In this document: piece after piece, positions 26,025 to 33,921 of the stretch | Layout: each line of letters begins with the position of its first letter | How positions within the stretch are numbered: position 1 is the stretch's first letter | Source of the DNA: a virus | Taxonomy: Duplodnaviria > Caudoviricetes | Reading direction: 5' to 3' (one strand) | Virus record (IMG/VR): IMGVR_UViG_3300009788_000125 | Location: 1-51,765 of that record | Length of the DNA stretch: 51,765 nt | Made by a program: the position numbers and the translations under genes | Notes under the pieces: model-generated | The model's database searches: none | Seen by the model: the letters and a program-made list of their open reading frames with translations, nothing else | Told to the model about the DNA's origin: nothing

Positions 26025-27290
26025 ATGAGCGACGGCGACCAGAAGGGGCGAACCGACACACCGGCCCCAGGTGAGGCGATCGACGACCACGTATCAGCGG
26101 TCGAGGACGGGTCCGATCGGGGCACCGAGGGCGGGCAGGGAGGCTCTCCTGGGGGGGGAGGGGCACCCCCCGAGGTCCCTTCGGATGACCAGGGGCCCCA
26201 ACACACCCACCACACGGGCCCGACTCCCTCAGCCCGAGTAGGCCAGGCGTGCACAGCCTGCACGCTTGGAACCTGCAACCGCGGGGACCACCAGCGGGCG
26301 AGGGACGAGCAGTTCAATCGGGAGTACGAGAACCGGGCAGAACCGCCAGATCGGAGCCGGGTGCACAGCGCCGCACCGGTAGGCCAGGCGCCCCAGATCA
26401 CGAGAGCGGGCGTGCCATGCCATGTGCCGGAGTGCGACCTGGACGACCACACGGGGGAGCACCGGGTGCTGGCCACCGCGGACGAGAGCCGCATGGATCC
26501 CCATCAGGCGGGCCTGGCGGCGGCGTGCACGGGGTGCGGTGGTCTGGCGGGGACGCATTTCCCGATGTGTCCCGGCCCGAGGCCCCTCCCGGTAGAGACG
26601 CCCGAGGAGGCGATGGGGCGTCTGGTTGCGATGGATAACGACCCGACGATGAACTGGCGGCGCATGAAGGCAGCCCTGCTTGGGGCCCTGGAGGTACAGC
26701 GGCAGGCTCCGCCTCTGGACCCACGGGCGAAGTACCGGAGCGTGGCGAAGTTCCCGGCGGACGAGGTGGACCAGACCCTGCCGAAGATGCCTGGGCACCG
26801 GTACAGCGCCGGGGTGTTGGATGCGGAGGCGGTGGTCGAGGTAGGCCGGACGGCCATAGACCCAGATGCCGAGTCGCCACCAGCGGGCCATGAGTGCATT
26901 CCGGAGTGTCAGTCTGGCCTACACGCGGTCAGGTTCCCCGGCCTGGAGTTCGAGGAGCGGGTACGGGCAGCCGGCATCACCTTCCTCGACGAGGGCGAGT
27001 ACCGTGAGGCCCAGGTAGGCCAGGGGGGAGATTCTAAGACAAGAATAAGAAAGGACCCCCAGGTAGGCCAAGTGGTCCAGGGTGGCCCAGAGTGGTCCGG
27101 AGAGGACCTGGCCCCTGGGGTACGGGTAGGCCACGGGGAGGCGGGGAAGGGTGGGGATGGCCGCGCACCCGCGGCGCCGACTCCGGAGGAGAGCGACGCC
27201 TTGCTTGAGGAGTTCTGTCCGCAGTACGGTAGACGGCGAACGGCCTGCCCGTGCGACGGGTGCCGCGAGGACCGGAAGGGGAAGCCATGA
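26025..27290 (+). CDS. Largely low-complexity hypothetical protein with several small Cys/His clusters
   Basis: GGAGG RBS before ATG 26025; stop overlaps the next start. Confidence 0.55.
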   Translation: MSDGDQKGRTDTPAPGEAIDDHVSAVEDGSDRGTEGGQGGSPGGGGAPPEVPSDDQGPQHTHHTGPTPSARVGQACTACTLGTCNRGDHQRARDEQFNREYENRAEPPDRSRVHSAAPVGQAPQITRAGVPCHVPECDLDDHTGEHRVLATADESRMDPHQAGLAAACTGCGGLAGTHFPMCPGPRPLPVETPEEAMGRLVAMDNDPTMNWRRMKAALLGALEVQRQAPPLDPRAKYRSVAKFPADEVDQTLPKMPGHRYSAGVLDAEAVVEVGRTAIDPDAESPPAGHECIPECQSGLHAVRFPGLEFEERVRAAGITFLDEGEYREAQVGQGGDSKTRIRKDPQVGQVVQGGPEWSGEDLAPGVRVGHGEAGKGGDGRAPAAPTPEESDALLEEFCPQYGRRRTACPCDGCREDRKGKP

Positions 27291-28864
27291 GCGACGAGGA
27301 ACAGCCGGCCTGGGAGGGTGAGCACGCACCAGTAGGCCAGCCCGGCGACAAATCCGACGGGAATTCTGGAATTGATTCCGAGGGATCGGTAGGCCAGGCG
27401 GGACCGGAGTACTCGGGCTCGCTGGAGGTGCGGACGGGCGACGTGGTGGACCGGGTGGCGTCGTGGGTCACCTGGCCCCTCGACAAGGTGCTCGACGCGG
27501 CGGCGCCGTACAACCCGAGGGTGATGCCGGCGGACGAGATGACGGCCCTGCAGGCGAGCCTCAAGCAGTTCGGTGCCCTGCAGCCAGTGATCGTCAACAC
27601 GCGGACGGGGAACTGCGTCGGTGGGCACCAGCGGGCGGTGGCGGCGAAGCGGCTCGGGTGGAAGACGTTCCCGGTGATCCTGGTGGACATGGACGAAGCC
27701 GACGAGATGGAAGCCAACCTGGCCCTGAACAAGATCAGCGGCCATTGGGACAACCCGGCACTCGCCAAGGTCCTCCTGGATATCCGTAGCCGGCGTGGCG
27801 AGGTGAACCTGGCGACCGGGTTCACGACGAACGAGGTGGACAAGCTCGTCGAGCGGTACCGCGAGGGAGCCGAGGAGGAACGCAAGCGCGTGGCCTACCG
27901 GAGTCTGGCCAGCCGGTTCGCGGTGCCACCGTTTTCGATCTTCGACGCCCGTCAGGGCTACTGGCAAGACCGCAAGCGGACGTGGATGCAGCTCGGGGTA
28001 CACGACGCCGAGGACGGCGGCGACGGGCTGGAGTCGAGAATCCACGCCGGCATGGAGGAAATCAACCAACGCTGCCAGGGCGGGGCGCTACTGAAAACGA
28101 CCCACATCAGCGGCTACGAGCCCGTCCTCGGTGAGATTCTGTGCCGCTGGTTCTGCCCACCCGGCGGGACCATCGTCGACCCGACCGCGGGCGGCGTGAC
28201 CTGGGGCATCGTCGCCGCCATCACCGGGCGCCGCTACTACGGCATCGAGATCCGCAAGGACCAGGTCGTGGCCAACGACAAGCGATGGGACGAGGTGGGC
28301 CGGCTGGTACTCGACAACGGCAAGCCCCTCGTGGACAACATCAACCACCAACCGGAGTGGATTCACGGCGACGCCACCAAGGTGAGCCCCGAGCTGCAGG
28401 AGGACATGGTCGACATCGATTTCATCCTCAACTGTCCGCCCTACCACGACCTCGAGAAGTACTCCGACCAGGCCGGCGACCTGAGCAACCAGGCGAGCTA
28501 TGGCGACTTCGTCGTCCAGCTTCGCATGATGTACCGCCACCTGATCCGGAAGCTCAAGAAAAACCGATTCGCGGCCGTTGTTATCGGTGATATACGCGAC
28601 GAGCAGGGCCGTTATCGCGGCCTGCATCACGACATCGCGACCCTGTTCCGGGAGGCCGGCATGCACCTCTACAACGACGCCGTGCTCGTCACCGCCATCG
28701 GCAGCCTGCCGTTCCGGACACGCCGAGCCTTCGAGAGCAGCCGGAAGCTTGGCAAGGCGCACCAGAATGTGATGGTGTTCGTGAAGGGCGACCCGAAGCT
28801 GGCAGCCGAGGCGGTCGGAGAGATTGACGTAGCCGCCGAGCCGTTGCCGGAGGAGGCTGAGTGA
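27287..28864 (+). CDS. ParB/Srx-like domain fused to an amino-DNA methyltransferase
   Basis: N-terminal YNPR...SLKQFG.LQPVIVN...VGGHQR; then DPTAGGVTWG (SAM binding) and CPPY.DLEKYS; located upstream of terminase. Confidence 0.85.
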   Translation: MSDEEQPAWEGEHAPVGQPGDKSDGNSGIDSEGSVGQAGPEYSGSLEVRTGDVVDRVASWVTWPLDKVLDAAAPYNPRVMPADEMTALQASLKQFGALQPVIVNTRTGNCVGGHQRAVAAKRLGWKTFPVILVDMDEADEMEANLALNKISGHWDNPALAKVLLDIRSRRGEVNLATGFTTNEVDKLVERYREGAEEERKRVAYRSLASRFAVPPFSIFDARQGYWQDRKRTWMQLGVHDAEDGGDGLESRIHAGMEEINQRCQGGALLKTTHISGYEPVLGEILCRWFCPPGGTIVDPTAGGVTWGIVAAITGRRYYGIEIRKDQVVANDKRWDEVGRLVLDNGKPLVDNINHQPEWIHGDATKVSPELQEDMVDIDFILNCPPYHDLEKYSDQAGDLSNQASYGDFVVQLRMMYRHLIRKLKKNRFAAVVIGDIRDEQGRYRGLHHDIATLFREAGMHLYNDAVLVTAIGSLPFRTRRAFESSRKLGKAHQNVMVFVKGDPKLAAEAVGEIDVAAEPLPEEAE

Positions 28865-29115
28865 ACAGGTACCGCGAAGTGATCGAGCGCATGCGGCCAT
28901 TCTGGCGCGTGCTCATCGAGGTCGACAACCAGCGGGACGTGGGTCGCGAGATGGAACTCACCCTGGCGGAGGCATACGCCATCGACATGGTTGTCACCAG
29001 GGAGACCCCGTTCGCCATCGACTTCCAGAACGGATCCCGCCTGGCGATCGCCGCAGCCGGGACGGCAACGGGGATGGGATGGGACGAGGTGATACGATGG
29101 AGACGGGAATCCTGA
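28861..29115 (+). CDS. Hypothetical protein
   Basis: GGAGG RBS, coupled. Confidence 0.55.
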   Translation: MNRYREVIERMRPFWRVLIEVDNQRDVGREMELTLAEAYAIDMVVTRETPFAIDFQNGSRLAIAAAGTATGMGWDEVIRWRRES

Positions 29116-29160
29116 CGAGGGTCAGGGCTCCGACAAGACAGACAGGTAGACAGGAGGCGC

Positions 29161-29475
29161 GTGATGATTCTCAAGATCGGAACGAACGACGGGTGGATTC
29201 TCTACGACAACATCGGCCGGATCAGGTGGGGCCACTCGCAAGGCGAGCAGTTCATCCGCAACGCAGACGGTGTTATCCAGTGCCGCAAGCCTGAGACAGA
29301 CGGTGAGTATGCGGATGTGGCCTGGGACGCCTCGTATCTCAGCCCGCACGAAGGCGACCGTAAGGGCATCTCTTGGGCGACTTTCCGCCACGACGGCATC
29401 GAGAAGTGCGTCGTGTTCGACGGCTGCGGGTACCTGCTCAATGACGCGGGCAAGACCATCGAAGCGATCACGTAG
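29161..29475 (+). CDS. Hypothetical phage protein
   Basis: GGAGG RBS; C-terminal YLLNDAGKTIEAI motif seen in small phage proteins. Confidence 0.65.
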   Translation: MMILKIGTNDGWILYDNIGRIRWGHSQGEQFIRNADGVIQCRKPETDGEYADVAWDASYLSPHEGDRKGISWATFRHDGIEKCVVFDGCGYLLNDAGKTIEAIT

Positions 29476-29645
29476 GGCTGGTGTGGGCGACGTTGTTCAT
29501 CCCATCGCGTTTCGCCGGGTCTGTGCTTCATGCAAGACGAAGATCGTCTGGACTGATGACCCAGGAGGGTTCCGCCTGGGCGAATGCGACTGCACCGTCA
29601 TTGCGTTGGTGACGAGTCGGCTGGCATACGCACTCAGGCAGGCAG

Positions 29646-29654
29646 TGGTATAGT
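29646..29654 (+). promoter_or_regulatory. Extended -10 element upstream of the tRNA
   Basis: TGnTATAGT ending 8 nt before the tRNA 5' end. Confidence 0.5.
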
Positions 29655-29662
29655 CGCACCGA

Positions 29663-29738
29663 TGCGCCGTAGTGCAGCGGCAAGCACGCCTGGCTCATAA
29701 CCAGGAGGTCGTGGGTTCGAGTCCCACCGGCGCCACCA
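29663..29738 (+). tRNA. tRNA-Met(CAU), initiator-like
   Basis: Cloverleaf with D stem GTGC/GCAC, anticodon arm CCTGG-CTCATAA-CCAGG, T arm GTGGG-TTCGAGT-CCCAC, encoded CCA and an unpaired 1:72 position (U/C). Confidence 0.92.
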
Positions 29739-29745
29739 GTATCCC

Positions 29746-29853
29746 TGGCCCTGGTGGGCGTGGCGACAGGAGAGCGGTTCAATTCCGTGATAGGCTCTGG
29801 CGAAGCAACCGGCAGCCTCGGGGGGTTCGATTCCCTCGAAGGGGCCAACACCA
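29746..29853 (+). ncRNA. tRNA-like structured RNA with two T-loop hairpins
   Basis: Closing stem TGGCCCT/GGGGCCA; hairpins GCGG-TTCAATT-CCGT, GGCT...AGCC and GGGGG-TTCGATT-CCCTC; no canonical D or anticodon arm. Confidence 0.55.
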
Positions 29854-29872
29854 AGGGGCGGGAGATGGCGAC

Positions 29873-30280
29873 ATGCCAGTCAAGGCAAAGATCGCCGGCA
29901 AGCTGCGGGAGCAGTTCCTCGGCGCCCTGAAAGGCGGGGCCGGAGTCGAAATCGCAGCCCTCGCCGTCGGCGTAACTCCCCGAGCCGCCAAGAAAAAGAT
30001 CGCCCGCGACCAGCGGTTCCGTGAGGACGTCAACGAGGCCCGCAGCCTGGCCGACAACGCCATCCAGGCACGCCTGTACGACAAGGCCCTCGCTGGCGAC
30101 ATCAAGGCGATCATCTGGTGGCTCAAGAACCGGCAGCCCGAACTGTGGAAGGACCGTCGCGAGGTCGACATCACTCAGGAAATCCGAAACTACAATTTCG
30201 GATACACGCGACGCGAGGAGCCCGAGGTTCGAGAGGGCACCGGCGGCAAGGTGGTTGACATGCCGACGCCGAAGCAGTGA
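29873..30280 (+). CDS. terS: Terminase small subunit (putative)
   Basis: HTH-like N-terminus, LYDKALAGDIKAIIWWLKNRQPELWKDR; immediately precedes the large subunit. Confidence 0.75.
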   Translation: MPVKAKIAGKLREQFLGALKGGAGVEIAALAVGVTPRAAKKKIARDQRFREDVNEARSLADNAIQARLYDKALAGDIKAIIWWLKNRQPELWKDRREVDITQEIRNYNFGYTRREEPEVREGTGGKVVDMPTPKQ

Positions 30281-31773
30281 CCGACCAGATCCCGATGGAG
30301 CTGCTCGGCCACCAGGAGGAGTTCCTGTTTGCCAAGGAGTACGCCGTCGCGTTGGTGACCGGCCTCGGCGGCGGCAAGACCTGGATCGGGACCCACTACG
30401 CCGAGACCAAGGCGCTCGCCAACCCCGGCGTCAAGGGCCTGGTGTTCGCCAACACCTACAAGCAGCTCCGCGGCGCCACGGTCGACAGGCTGATCCAGCA
30501 CCTCGAGGAACACGGCGTCCGCTACGACTTCAACCGTAGCGAGATGCTCCTGACGCTCGAAAAGGAGTGCCAGATCTTCCTGCGGTCGATGGAGAACTAT
30601 GACGACATCCGAGGCATCGAATTCGGATGGGCATACGGCGACGAGGTCCGCGACATGGTCGAGGAAGCCATCGACGTGGTCGTTGGTCGGCTCCGCGACA
30701 AGCGATGCGACGCCATCCAGCTCCGCCTCACCACGACGCCGGCAGGGCTCAACTGGATCTATGAGCGGTTCGTGGTCAAGGTCGCTGCGGCGCAGAAGGC
30801 CCTGCACGAAGCCGGTGGCGACATCGAGAAGGTGTCACGCAGCATCCGTCGTTACCTGAGCTACCGGCTGATCCATGCGTCGAGCTTCGAGAACCCGCAC
30901 CTGCCGGAAGACTACCTGCTCACCCTCGACACCTACGACCCGCAGCTACGCAAGCAAGAGGCGCTCGGCCTGTTCGTGAACGTGTACGCCGGCAACGCCT
31001 ACAAGAGTTTCAGCCGCGAGCACAACGTGCGGCCGTGCCCGTATGACCCGCTGCTCCCGATCCGGATCTGCTTCGACTTCAACGCCAGCTACCCCGCACC
31101 GATGGGCTGCAATATCGGCCAGGTCCACGGCAGCGAAGCGTGGATGGTCGACGAAATCAGTATCCAAGGCGGCACCACCCCGCAGGTCATCGAGGAATTC
31201 ATTCGGCGCTACGGGGACACGGGGATCGACCACCGGGCACCGATCAAGGTGTACGGCGACGCCACGAGCAAGCGCCTGTCCACACAGACCGGCAAGAGCG
31301 ACTACAGCATCATCATGCAGGGTCTCCGCGAGAAGTTTGAGTATGTCGAGCTGATGGTGCGCAAGAAGAGCAACCCCCTGGTCGTCGATCGGGTGGCGTC
31401 CACCAACGCCAGGCTCTGCGACGGCAAGAGGCGTCGCCGGCTGTTTGCTGATCCGAAATGCGTCGAGCTAATTGCAGATTGGGAGCGCGTCACCTGGAAG
31501 CCTGGAGTGCGGCAGCTCGAGAAGGGGAACGCCCTCCGCACGCACCACAGCGACGCCACCGACTACTTCGTCCATGAGGAATGGCCGCTGCTGATGGGGG
31601 GCACGGCGGGTGTCAACAGCAGGGGATCCGGCAGCAGCGCCATGCGGGTTCATAGCCAGCAGCGCCGTGGTAGCATCGCCATCAACCAGAGCCGCGTGCC
31701 GATCAACACGGGCCGGCGCCTGTCGCTCCGCACCGGACTAGGAGAGTCGAGATGCCGAAACGTATCCCGCTAA
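30277..31773 (+). CDS. terL: Terminase large subunit
   Basis: Walker A GLGGGKT, Walker B AYGDE, LTTTP coupling motif, ENPHLP, nuclease FDFN, YGDAT and HHSDATDY. Confidence 0.93.
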   Translation: MTDQIPMELLGHQEEFLFAKEYAVALVTGLGGGKTWIGTHYAETKALANPGVKGLVFANTYKQLRGATVDRLIQHLEEHGVRYDFNRSEMLLTLEKECQIFLRSMENYDDIRGIEFGWAYGDEVRDMVEEAIDVVVGRLRDKRCDAIQLRLTTTPAGLNWIYERFVVKVAAAQKALHEAGGDIEKVSRSIRRYLSYRLIHASSFENPHLPEDYLLTLDTYDPQLRKQEALGLFVNVYAGNAYKSFSREHNVRPCPYDPLLPIRICFDFNASYPAPMGCNIGQVHGSEAWMVDEISIQGGTTPQVIEEFIRRYGDTGIDHRAPIKVYGDATSKRLSTQTGKSDYSIIMQGLREKFEYVELMVRKKSNPLVVDRVASTNARLCDGKRRRRLFADPKCVELIADWERVTWKPGVRQLEKGNALRTHHSDATDYFVHEEWPLLMGGTAGVNSRGSGSSAMRVHSQQRRGSIAINQSRVPINTGRRLSLRTGLGESRCRNVSR

Positions 31774-33434
31774 AAGAACGACCCGACCCGCGTTACGGCC
31801 AGAGCACTGCGCTCGCCAGGACGGGCGTCGTCTCACGGATGCGGCGCAAGCTTGTATCGGTCCTCGACAGGGGCGAGCACGAGCGCCATCTCGCCAGGAT
31901 ATATAGCAACGGCAGGAAGGTTGGCTACTCCGAGGCGCTCGACGACCCGTTCCGTATCGACCCCGACGCGTTCCTGCCGGCTCCCGATAACTCGGCGCTC
32001 TTTCGCAAGGCCGGAGCAACCGAGAGCGACAAAGACTACACGGCGCTACACCGCAACAAGCTGCGCAAGCTCAGCATCCGTGCCTACCACCTCAAGGCGA
32101 CGGCGCAGCACCTGGTGGAGCTGGCGAGCGACTTCATCATAGGCGAGGGCCTGTCGTTGAAGCCACGCGGCGATGACGAGAAAGACGAGAAGTTTGCCGA
32201 CTGGCTGAACAGCTACTGGAGCGACGAGGTGAACGGCCTGGAGATTCGGCACCCAGAGGAAATCACCACGCTCATGGTCGATGGGGAATTCGCCAAGACC
32301 ATCGAGAACATCGACATCGATGGCAAGATCACCTATGGCATGATCGAGTCGTTCCAGATTCGCGACGTGATCCAGGACCGTGCCAGGCGAGACATTGGCC
32401 TGCTGATCGAGAATCCCAAGGCACCCGAACAGCCACTGAACTTCGTCGTGATGAACTATCTGCCGAAGGACGTGACCGTCGGTATCGACCCCGAAGATGG
32501 CAAGGCCGTCGTGCGCCGGCCTGCACCAGATGGCAGCGAGCCGGTCGAGATTAAGATCGATGGGGCGTGCTTCTTTGCGGCTGTCGGTCGCATCGCTGGC
32601 GCACGCCGCGGCAAGCCCGATCTGGTTCCGCAGATAGACCTCATCGACCTGCAGGACGAGATCTTGTACCGCGTGGCTGACCGGGCCCGCATGCTCGCCG
32701 CGGCCGTCTACGACGTGACCGTGGATGGTGGTGACAAGGCAGCCATCGACCTGGCCATTTCCGACATGGGCCTCAACCGAGTTCCGGAGGCGCTGGAAAC
32801 CATCGGCCACAGCGACAGGGTCACCGTCAGTGTCTTGGCGCCGAAACTCGGCGTCGACCAGATCAGTCAGCTCGAGCGCATCATGCGCGTGATCATCTAC
32901 GGCACCCGTGGATACCCCGAGGCGTTCAGCGGCAGCGCCGAGGACAGCAACCGGGCGACGCTCGCGGAGCAGGGCAGCGTGCCGGCCAGGCGGCTGCGGC
33001 GCCGGCAGAAAGCGATCCTCAACTTCTACGTGCTCATGATCCGACACGCCATTCGCACCGCCATCGCAGCGAGCCAGCTCCCGGCCAAGGCCGAGGGCAA
33101 GGAGTACGAGTTCGATATCGTGGCTCCCGAGATTGGCACCCGCGACAAGGCTGCGCAGAACGCCGCTATCCAGTCGCTGTCGCAGGCGCTCACGGCGCTC
33201 GCTGGCGACAAGAGCATCACGCTCGAACTCAAGAACAGCGTCGCGGTGCAGGCTCTGCGGGACGCGGGGTTCACGGTCGACCCATCCATCAGTGGCGTCG
33301 ACGAGAAGCGGATCGAGGAACAGAAGGTCGAGGCAGAGCAGATGTTCGCCGGCACGGGTGGCGGCAGCGCAAAGGACGAGGACAAGAACGCATCGGCCAA
33401 CTTCCAGAGGAAGGTGAGTGCCGGCAATGCCTGA
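31752..33434 (+). CDS. Portal protein
   Basis: 560 aa directly after terL; helical; SNRAT motif typical of portal C-terminal region. Confidence 0.8.
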   Translation: MPKRIPLKERPDPRYGQSTALARTGVVSRMRRKLVSVLDRGEHERHLARIYSNGRKVGYSEALDDPFRIDPDAFLPAPDNSALFRKAGATESDKDYTALHRNKLRKLSIRAYHLKATAQHLVELASDFIIGEGLSLKPRGDDEKDEKFADWLNSYWSDEVNGLEIRHPEEITTLMVDGEFAKTIENIDIDGKITYGMIESFQIRDVIQDRARRDIGLLIENPKAPEQPLNFVVMNYLPKDVTVGIDPEDGKAVVRRPAPDGSEPVEIKIDGACFFAAVGRIAGARRGKPDLVPQIDLIDLQDEILYRVADRARMLAAAVYDVTVDGGDKAAIDLAISDMGLNRVPEALETIGHSDRVTVSVLAPKLGVDQISQLERIMRVIIYGTRGYPEAFSGSAEDSNRATLAEQGSVPARRLRRRQKAILNFYVLMIRHAIRTAIAASQLPAKAEGKEYEFDIVAPEIGTRDKAAQNAAIQSLSQALTALAGDKSITLELKNSVAVQALRDAGFTVDPSISGVDEKRIEEQKVEAEQMFAGTGGGSAKDEDKNASANFQRKVSAGNA

Positions 33435-33738
33435 CGATAAGAGCATGAAGGTCGCAGGCACGGTGGTCGCCCTGCTGTTGGCGGGAGCGATGGGGCTCGC
33501 CGGCTGGTCGCTTGCCAGGACAGAGAAGCTACTGATGGCCAACGTGGGCACGCAGGCGGCACTGAAATCGATCGACGAGAAACTGGAAACACTGGCCAGC
33601 GACGACGACATGGACAAGCGCCTGTATGAGCAGGCGAAGCTGGACACCTGGGCGAAGGACCAGATCAACCGGGTGCGTTACGAGATCCGGGCGCTGCACG
33701 CGGACTGCGACCTGCCACCAGTGACATGGCCGGATTAA
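33418..33738 (+). CDS. Small membrane-anchored protein
   Basis: N-terminal TM segment plus helical region. Confidence 0.55.
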   Translation: MPAMPDDKSMKVAGTVVALLLAGAMGLAGWSLARTEKLLMANVGTQAALKSIDEKLETLASDDDMDKRLYEQAKLDTWAKDQINRVRYEIRALHADCDLPPVTWPD

Positions 33739-33920
33739 GCCCGCCAGAACAGCCCGAGATTCCCGACGGCAGCAAGACGATCCAGGCGCTGGACCAGAGC
33801 AACACGATGGGCTGGATCCGGCGCAAGGCCGACGAACTGGACGCCAACGTGATCCTGGGCGCCGTGTTCGTCCTGGTGCTCGCAACGATCATCGCATGGG
33901 GCGCACGGCGACGGAGGTAG
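33726..33920 (+). CDS. Small membrane protein
   Basis: C-terminal TM segment followed by RRRR. Confidence 0.55.
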   Translation: MAGLSPPEQPEIPDGSKTIQALDQSNTMGWIRRKADELDANVILGAVFVLVLATIIAWGARRRR

Positions 33921-33921
33921 C

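Noticed and set aside
29770-29790. Reading the second RNA as tRNA-Sec(UCA) or tRNA-Leu(CAA)
   Set aside because: Loop geometry does not centre UCA, position 37 would be U for CAA, and there is no proper D arm; kept only as a tRNA-like RNA.
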